In this document: positions 57,935-64,000 of the stretch, piece after piece
Layout of the letters: the number at the start of each line of letters is the position of its first letter
Numbering within the stretch: the first letter of the stretch is position 1
Assembly: GCA_963664405.1 (NCBI GenBank)
Contig: OY761158.1
Coordinates: 5,920,001-5,984,000, forward strand
Origin: Thermoanaerobaculia bacterium
Lineage (GTDB): Bacteria; Acidobacteriota; Thermoanaerobaculia; Multivoradales; Multivoraceae
Reading direction: 5' to 3'
DNA length: 64,000 nucleotides
Position numbers and translations under genes: made by a program
The notes under the pieces: generated by a model
Seen by the model: the letters and a program-made list of their open reading frames with translations, nothing else
Told to the model about the DNA's origin: nothing
Databases searched by the model: none

Positions 57935-59788
57935 CTACGCTTTCACCGTGCGCTGTTCAGCGAGATTGAAGGTCTGGTGCCAGTGCGAGTCGCCACCGTC
58001 TCCCTTACGATCGACCACGACCTCCACCAGGTAGGGCTCTCCCGCGCGAGTGGCATCGATGCCACGCCTGAGCTCTTTGCGGAGGTCGGCGCTGTGCTCG
58101 ACGCGAGATCCGTTGACACCCTGGCTCTTCGCCAACATCGGGAAGTCGATGTTCGGATTGCCGAGGTCCATGCCTGTGAAGCGGTTCTCTTCGGCCATCT
58201 TGCCCTTGTAGCGAGCGTAGGCGAGGCGCACTGTCTGGTAGTTGTGATTGTTGCAGACGACAGTGAGCACGGGGACGTGGTAGCGCGCCTGGGTCCAGAA
58301 TCCCGAGGCGCTGTACATCGTCGCGCCGTCGCCAATGCTACATACCACCTGGCGGTCCGGGGCAGCGAGCTTGGCCCCGGTGGCAGCGCCGATGCCCCAA
58401 CCGAGGCCCGCTCCAGAGGTACCGACCCATAGCTTCTCGTTGTCCCGGAAGCCGGTCGAGAGAAATTGAGACGAGCCACTGAGGTTCTCGCTTACGACGA
58501 CGGCGTTCTTGTCGAGCTCCTGCTCGAGAGCCCAGCCCAACTCGTCGGGGTGGATCGGCAACAGGCCCTTGTTCGCCGGATCGAGCTCGCGAACCCGGGC
58601 CGCCGGCGGGCGTCCGGCGGCAATCTTCGCCAGCCGATCGCGAGTTGCCATCGACTCGAGAGTGTCGACGAGGGCTCGTAGCGTCAGCTTGACGTTGGCC
58701 ACGATCGCCGCGTCGAAGGGTCGGTCATTCCCCATGGCGTCGGCGTTGAGGCCGATCCACATCACCTTGGTGCCCGCGGCATCGGCCGCCGCGGCCCTGG
58801 TTCCTCCGACGTCGGAGACGCCGACTCTGAGTACCAGGTCTTTGCCGCCGGTGGCGTAGCCGCCGGCGTAGAGAGGGTGCTGGCGAGGAAAGTTGTGGAA
58901 AGGCTTAGCAGCGTCGCCGATTGGAATATTGAGGAGCTCAGCCAGCTCCAAGAGCTCCTGCTGCCCGCCGTTCTTCGAGACTCCGTCGCCGGCGTGAATC
59001 ATCGGGTTGGAGGCGGCGAGGAGGGCCTCGGCGATTCTCTCGACGTCATGCTGGCGTGGTGGGATGAGATTGGGAATCAAGAAGGTGTTGCGGTCGTAGA
59101 CGCTGGCGGTGACGTTCTTGGTCTCCAGGGCGTGGTTGGCGAGGGCGAGGTAGACAGGGCCGCCAGGGGCGGTCGTCGACACCTTGAACGCGCGTCGGAG
59201 CATGGTCGGAATCGACTCTGCGTCTCGCGTCTCCCAAGAAATCTTGGTGAACTGGCGGTTCACGTCTTTCTGGTCGAAACCGGGGCGAGGCGCGAGCACC
59301 AGGTTGTCGTCTCCTCGCTCGTTATCGATCAGGCCGGCGGTGACGACCAGCGCAGAGCCGTCTCTACTCGAGTTGTAGAGCTGTCCCGCCGACTGCGCGG
59401 TCCCCGCGATGACGTGCACGTTGACGAAGGCGGGGTCCCCCGAAACCTTGTGGTAGCCGTCCGCCATCGAGATGACGATCCCCTCGTGCAGACCCATGAT
59501 GAGCTGCATGCCGGGTTGGTCGAGAAAAGAGTCGAAGAAGCCGACTTCGAAAGAACCGGGATTGGTGAACAGATAACGCACTCCTGCCGCCTTCATCTGC
59601 TCCACCATGAGGTCGCCGCCGGTGCCGGTCACGTCTCTCCCCGGGGTCGATCCAGAGGCGTCGGTGGCCTCCGCGGCGTGCACGACATTCTGGATTCCGG
59701 CGCTGCTGACACCGAGTGCTGCGAGAGCTTGCACGAAGCCCCGTCGAGACAGATTGTTCTCGAGAAATTGATGGACGAGGACTTTCAT
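57935..59788 (-). CDS. Thiamine-pyrophosphate-binding enzyme (benzoylformate decarboxylase-like) with Tat-like N-terminus
   Basis: NPGSFE, GLHEG..ISMADGY and GDGA.MY...N TPP motif; N-terminal LSRRGFVQALAALGV. Confidence 0.9.
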   Translation of the reverse strand: MKVLVHQFLENNLSRRGFVQALAALGVSSAGIQNVVHAAEATDASGSTPGRDVTGTGGDLMVEQMKAAGVRYLFTNPGSFEVGFFDSFLDQPGMQLIMGLHEGIVISMADGYHKVSGDPAFVNVHVIAGTAQSAGQLYNSSRDGSALVVTAGLIDNERGDDNLVLAPRPGFDQKDVNRQFTKISWETRDAESIPTMLRRAFKVSTTAPGGPVYLALANHALETKNVTASVYDRNTFLIPNLIPPRQHDVERIAEALLAASNPMIHAGDGVSKNGGQQELLELAELLNIPIGDAAKPFHNFPRQHPLYAGGYATGGKDLVLRVGVSDVGGTRAAAADAAGTKVMWIGLNADAMGNDRPFDAAIVANVKLTLRALVDTLESMATRDRLAKIAAGRPPAARVRELDPANKGLLPIHPDELGWALEQELDKNAVVVSENLSGSSQFLSTGFRDNEKLWVGTSGAGLGWGIGAATGAKLAAPDRQVVCSIGDGATMYSASGFWTQARYHVPVLTVVCNNHNYQTVRLAYARYKGKMAEENRFTGMDLGNPNIDFPMLAKSQGVNGSRVEHSADLRKELRRGIDATRAGEPYLVEVVVDRKGDGGDSHWHQTFNLAEQRTVKA

Positions 59789-59866
59789 GGCCTACCTCCG
59801 AGTTTGTGAGCTATCTGGGTATTGAGAGTGTAGCAGTCCACTCCTGAGCCCTTGGGCTGCCCTGAG

Positions 59867-60715
59867 CTACCGCGGCAGGCGTAGAGATACACCAACACCG
59901 ACGAACCAGTCGTCGGCGGCATCGGAGAGCCCGAAGCCGCCGAAGAAGTCGAGCTGCAGGTTGGGCCGGATCAACCAGGTCGTGCCTCCATCGAAGGAGT
60001 GGGCGGGCGGTCCCGATGCGCTCAGAGCGACATCGCCGAAGAGCTCGACGAAGGCTCCCCACTGCTCGGAGAGAGAGAAGCCGGCGGCGACGGTATAGAA
60101 GCCGTTCGACAGTGTGTCTGTATCGCCGCCCTCAGTGGTCGAGCTCCAGGCGGCCCCGATGTTGTAGCCCAGGCTGACGCGCTCCGACAGAGTGTGGGCG
60201 AAGGCTAGGCGGAAAGAGGGATCAAAACGGTCCGAGGTGAATTCGTCGTCACCGGAAGGGACCGTTGTTCCTACCAGGATCGCCATCTCAGGGACTCGAC
60301 CGGACTCCTCTCGTAGCTGCAGCTTGGCTCCGATGTCTGCATCGCCGACGCCGGAGGCGTTGACGCTGCTGCCCTGGAAGCTCACTTGGTGGTCGATGTA
60401 GCCGACCCAGCCGAGGCGCAGCTCGAGTCGCTCGGCGAGGCCGATGCGGACGAGAGTGCCGGGGCCCGCGAAGACCTGCGTCTCGAGGCCCTCGCTGTCT
60501 TCCTCGGCAAAGCCTACACCGGTCTCGATTTGGACCCACCCGCGCGGTACCGTGGCGGTGGACTCGGTCTGATCGGGCCGATCGGTGATGAGCTCCGGGT
60601 CCTGCGCCGCTGCCGGCGAGAGCAGAGCGAGCGTGAGGCCGATAGCGGTAGCGGTGTGCAGGCAAGCAAGATGGCCATGGCTCCTGGCATTGCGTTGACC
60701 TAGTGTTTTCGACAT
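59867..60715 (-). CDS. Outer-membrane beta-barrel 'transporter' (MetA-pathway/phenol degradation family)
   Basis: Signal peptide, ITDRPDQTES..VP.G..Q.E.G, G.GD..IG.K, alternating beta-strands and NLQLD. Confidence 0.85.
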   Translation of the reverse strand: MSKTLGQRNARSHGHLACLHTATAIGLTLALLSPAAAQDPELITDRPDQTESTATVPRGWVQIETGVGFAEEDSEGLETQVFAGPGTLVRIGLAERLELRLGWVGYIDHQVSFQGSSVNASGVGDADIGAKLQLREESGRVPEMAILVGTTVPSGDDEFTSDRFDPSFRLAFAHTLSERVSLGYNIGAAWSSTTEGGDTDTLSNGFYTVAAGFSLSEQWGAFVELFGDVALSASGPPAHSFDGGTTWLIRPNLQLDFFGGFGLSDAADDWFVGVGVSLRLPR

Positions 60716-60824
60716 AACGAAAAAGATATCACGACTCTACGAAATGGACGATTTGACCATGGCCGCCTCCTGCGGTGTCGATCGCCGACTCGACCCCAAC
60801 GACCACTCGCTACGCCGAAGTGAG

Positions 60825-62237
60825 TTACAAGTAGCCCGTGGCGCGAAGACGATCCTGGGCTTCGAGGCTTCGGCGCAAGCTCTCGTCGGCGTCGTCACCT
60901 TCGAGCTCTTCGGTCCAGGCTTGGAGCTCCCGGACCAGTTCGCGCTGCTGTCGATTCATCTCGCTGCTCGGGATCTCTTCCGCGGGGTCCGATTCGAGGT
61001 CGTAGACCAGGATCTCGCGGGTGTCGAGTCGGTATTGGGCCTTGTGCTGCTCCCGTACGGCGCTGCGCCAGAGGCCCTGAATGCTGAAGGCGGCTCCTCG
61101 GTGGGGTGGCCCAGGCGACAGAAGAGAGCTGAGCGCCCCGAAGAATCCCTTGTCGATGAAGGGGCGTAGGGATCGGCCCTTGAGTCCATCCGGTGGTGCG
61201 ATTCCGAGGTAGTCGAGCACAGTCGGGGCAATGTCGAGGTTCTGGACCGCCTGGGCCACTGCACCGCTCGCGTCTCCCGCTCTGATAATTAGAGGAGTGT
61301 GGACGGTCGTGTCGAAGGTGTTCTCGCAGTGTTTCATCGCTCCGTGCTCGAGGAATTCCTCGCCGTGATCGGACGCGATGATCACCAAAGTGCGGTCGAG
61401 AAGACCGCGCTCCTCGACATCGGCCAGCAGGGTGCCGAGCTCACGGTCGAGATAGGCGATCTCGTCGTCGTAGAGGTCGGAAAGGTGTCGGAGCTCGGCA
61501 CGGTCCGGGGGTGTTGCGCCATCCCGGAGCGACTTCGTCCATGCAGTAGGGTCGCCTCGTTGGACCACCTCGGGAAGCGAGGGCGCTGGGCGGGCAAAGA
61601 GACGGGGCGCGTTAGCCGGTGGCTGATAGGGGCCATGCGGATCCATGTAGTGGGCGTAGGCGAAGAAGGGCTCCTCGAGTTCACCGAGAGCGGCCAGAAG
61701 CTGCCGGTTCACACAGCTCGCATCTTGCCAGAGGCATCGCTCATTGAAGTTGTCAAAACCGCGATCGAAGCCGCCTGAGCGGTTGTAGCGGGTGGGGGTC
61801 TGGCGAACGATGGGGCTGGCAGATGCGGCAAAGGTGGTCAAGCCGTGATCTCGAAGTATCTCGGCGAGGGTTGGAAGGCGATCCGGTATGCCCAGCTCCC
61901 CGGTCTCCTGTTCGAGGAAGAGCTGCGGATAGCGGGAGGTGAAGAGCGAGTTGATCGACGGAAAGGTGCAGGAAGCCTGTGCGCGTGCGTTGGCGAAGCG
62001 GGTACCCGCCGCGGCGAAGGCGTCGAGATTCGGGGTCGTGCCGCGGCCGTAGCCATAGCTACCCAGACGATCGGCTCGTAGCGTGTCGACGACGATTAGA
62101 ATGACATTTCGCGGCCCCGCCAGCATGAGGCGGAGGGTCGAGGCCACGATCAGAGCGACCACGACCGCGGCCAGCAGAGGGCCGGCCGCCGGTAATAGCG
62201 AGCGAGAGGAGACTCGCGGTGTCTCGCGAGCTGGCAA
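60825..62237 (-). CDS. Sulfatase-like hydrolase/transferase (Thr-type)
   Basis: VDTLRADRLG.YG, CTFPSINSLFT, HYMDPHGPY, SDHGEEF and C-terminal LRATGYL; start uncertain. Confidence 0.88.
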   Translation of the reverse strand: MPARETPRVSSRSLLPAAGPLLAAVVVALIVASTLRLMLAGPRNVILIVVDTLRADRLGSYGYGRGTTPNLDAFAAAGTRFANARAQASCTFPSINSLFTSRYPQLFLEQETGELGIPDRLPTLAEILRDHGLTTFAASASPIVRQTPTRYNRSGGFDRGFDNFNERCLWQDASCVNRQLLAALGELEEPFFAYAHYMDPHGPYQPPANAPRLFARPAPSLPEVVQRGDPTAWTKSLRDGATPPDRAELRHLSDLYDDEIAYLDRELGTLLADVEERGLLDRTLVIIASDHGEEFLEHGAMKHCENTFDTTVHTPLIIRAGDASGAVAQAVQNLDIAPTVLDYLGIAPPDGLKGRSLRPFIDKGFFGALSSLLSPGPPHRGAAFSIQGLWRSAVREQHKAQYRLDTREILVYDLESDPAEEIPSSEMNRQQRELVRELQAWTEELEGDDADESLRRSLEAQDRLRATGYL

Positions 62238-62388
62238 TCGCTTTCGATCCGTAGTAAACAACTGAGGTGGAATGATCGCTCCGCCGCGGTCCTTGCGGCG
62301 AAACGGTCTCGGTCGCACTGGCGTCTCAAGTATAGCCGCGGCCGATCCATATCCCTCACCTGCCTCAAACTCAGGGCTTCCCCTTACC

Positions 62389-64000
62389 TTGCGCCGTCCA
62401 AACCTTCTCCTTCTGCTCTTCGCCCTTTGGGTGTCAGATGTCGCCGCCTGGGGGCAGGAAGCTCCCTCTCGGCCGAGCATTCGCGCTCTGCGGATCTCGG
62501 AGCCCATCGTCCTGGATGGCGATCTGAGCGACGCTGCCTGGACAGCAGCCGAAGTCGGCGGAGACTTCGTGATGCGAGAGCCTTTCGATGGTGTCGCGGC
62601 CAGCGAGCAAACTGACTTTCGGGTGGTGTTCACGCCCTCGACGCTCTACTTCGGCGTGCAGGTCTTCGACTCGGAGCCCGACAAGATCATCGCCAAGGAG
62701 ATGGGTCGGGACAGCAGCCTTTTTCAGGACGACGGCATCGGAATCTTGATCGATACCTTCAACGACGATCGCAATGCCTACCTCTTCGAGACCAATATGA
62801 ACGGTGCCCGTAACGATGGGCTCATCACCGACGAGGGTCGTGACAACAACTTCAACTGGGACGGCGTTTGGCACGTGGCGGCGAAGCCCACCTCGACCGG
62901 ATGGATCGCGGAGATCGCGATCCCCTTCTCCACGCTTCGCTTCAACCGAAAGGTGGACACCTGGGGGCTCAACATTCGGCGCCGCGTCAAGCGTAAGGGC
63001 GAGGAGAGCTCCTGGGCACCGATCGCCAGACAGTTCTCTTTCTTCCGTGTTTCTGTGGCCGGAGACCTGGTCGGTCTCAGCGGCTTGAAGGCGCCTTCGC
63101 GGCAGCTGGACATCAAGCCCTTCGTGGTGACTTCCGCGAACGAAGACCACTCCTCGGGTACGAAGATCAATGAGGACGAAGTGGACGTGGGCCTCGATAT
63201 CAAATGGGGGGTCACCAAGGGCCTTGCTCTGGATCTGACGCTGAACACCGACTTCGCCGAGACTGAAGTCGACGACCAGCGCGTCAACCTCACGCGGTTT
63301 TCTTTGTTCTTTCCGGAGAAGCGAGAGTTCTTCCTCGAGAACGCCGGCATCTTCGAGTTCGGTCTCGTTGAGCGCGGTTTCGGAACTCCACTGATCAAGA
63401 TCTTCCACTCTCGTCGCATCGGCCTTTCGGGGGGAGAAGAGGTGCCGATCCTGGGCGGGGCTCGCCTCACCGGAAGAGTGGGCAGGTGGAACCTTGGAGT
63501 TCTCGATGTCGTCACCGACGAAGAGACCTTCGACGACGGTGATGTCGCCGCTGGCGCGAACTTCGCGGTGGTTCGCCTCAAGCGCAACGTCGGGGAGCGC
63601 TCGAGCGTCGGCTTCATCTTCACCGATCGGAACGATGAAGGCCCCCTTTTCAACCGGGTGTACGGTGTCGACGCCGACTTCAAAGTCACACAGAAGATCG
63701 AAACCAGCGCCTTTCTCGTGGCCAACGAGGACGTGGATTTCGCCGGCAGCGAGTGGGCGGGCGGCGCCGCCTTCGGCTTTCGCGGCCGCGAGCTTCGCTT
63801 CGCTCTCGATCTTCTCGAAGCCAGCGAGCTCTTCAATCCACGCATGGGGTTCTTGCGCAGAACGGATTTCCAGCAGGTGAATCCCTCGATGAAATGGCGG
63901 CCACGAATCGACAAGCACGGTATTCGGAATCTGAGAACAAGCGTGGAGATGGACTACTTCTCCCGATCCAGCGACGGTGTTATGGAGACGAGAGAGCTCC
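62389..64000 (+). CDS. CBM9-like + DUF5916 outer-membrane protein (partial, runs off the window)
   Basis: Manual translation: signal peptide, LDGDLSDAAW, DTFND.RNAYLF, GW.AEIAIPF.TLRF, NTDFAETEVD...VNLTRFSLFFPEKREFFLE and FHSRRIG. Confidence 0.88.
   Translation, partial: MRRPNLLLLLFALWVSDVAAWGQEAPSRPSIRALRISEPIVLDGDLSDAAWTAAEVGGDFVMREPFDGVAASEQTDFRVVFTPSTLYFGVQVFDSEPDKIIAKEMGRDSSLFQDDGIGILIDTFNDDRNAYLFETNMNGARNDGLITDEGRDNNFNWDGVWHVAAKPTSTGWIAEIAIPFSTLRFNRKVDTWGLNIRRRVKRKGEESSWAPIARQFSFFRVSVAGDLVGLSGLKAPSRQLDIKPFVVTSANEDHSSGTKINEDEVDVGLDIKWGVTKGLALDLTLNTDFAETEVDDQRVNLTRFSLFFPEKREFFLENAGIFEFGLVERGFGTPLIKIFHSRRIGLSGGEEVPILGGARLTGRVGRWNLGVLDVVTDEETFDDGDVAAGANFAVVRLKRNVGERSSVGFIFTDRNDEGPLFNRVYGVDADFKVTQKIETSAFLVANEDVDFAGSEWAGGAAFGFRGRELRFALDLLEASELFNPRMGFLRRTDFQQVNPSMKWRPRIDKHGIRNLRTSVEMDYFSRSSDGVMETREL

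Noticed and set aside
62434-63918. Long minus-strand ORFs of 494 and 378 aa
   Set aside because: Antisense to the clearly recognisable DUF5916/CBM9 gene on the plus strand.

Overview
High-GC bacterial window of about 50 genes. It is most likely from an Acidobacteriota (Thermoanaerobaculia-like) genome; this is inferred from the acidobacterial VWA proteins, an ADOP-permease remnant and a Cys-bracketed C-terminal domain. No rRNA, tRNA, CRISPR array, phage or intact transposase was found. (i) 1-5552: three tandem minus-strand secreted-protein genes with different N-terminal passengers (a 7x FG-GAP propeller; two blue-copper cupredoxins), Calx-beta stalks and a shared, highly conserved ~143-aa four-Cys C-terminal module, a candidate sorting/anchoring domain. 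(ii) Metabolic genes: PQQ quinohemoprotein dehydrogenase, HemY, a 4-chlorobenzoate-CoA-ligase-like enzyme, crotonases, acyl-CoA dehydrogenase, gmd, pyk, thrC-like, sulfatases and a Tat-signal TPP enzyme. (iii) An F420/FO cluster: cofC, bifunctional fbiC, an F420-LLM, GSTs and a nitroreductase. (iv) 17 copies of a ~62-bp two-hairpin REP/BIME-like repeat in four arrays, with compensatory stem changes; three arrays start exactly 2 nt after a TAG stop codon. (v) Two small foldback MITE-like elements. (vi) Several pseudogenes with large internal deletions. All product calls rest on motif recognition by eye, not database searches.
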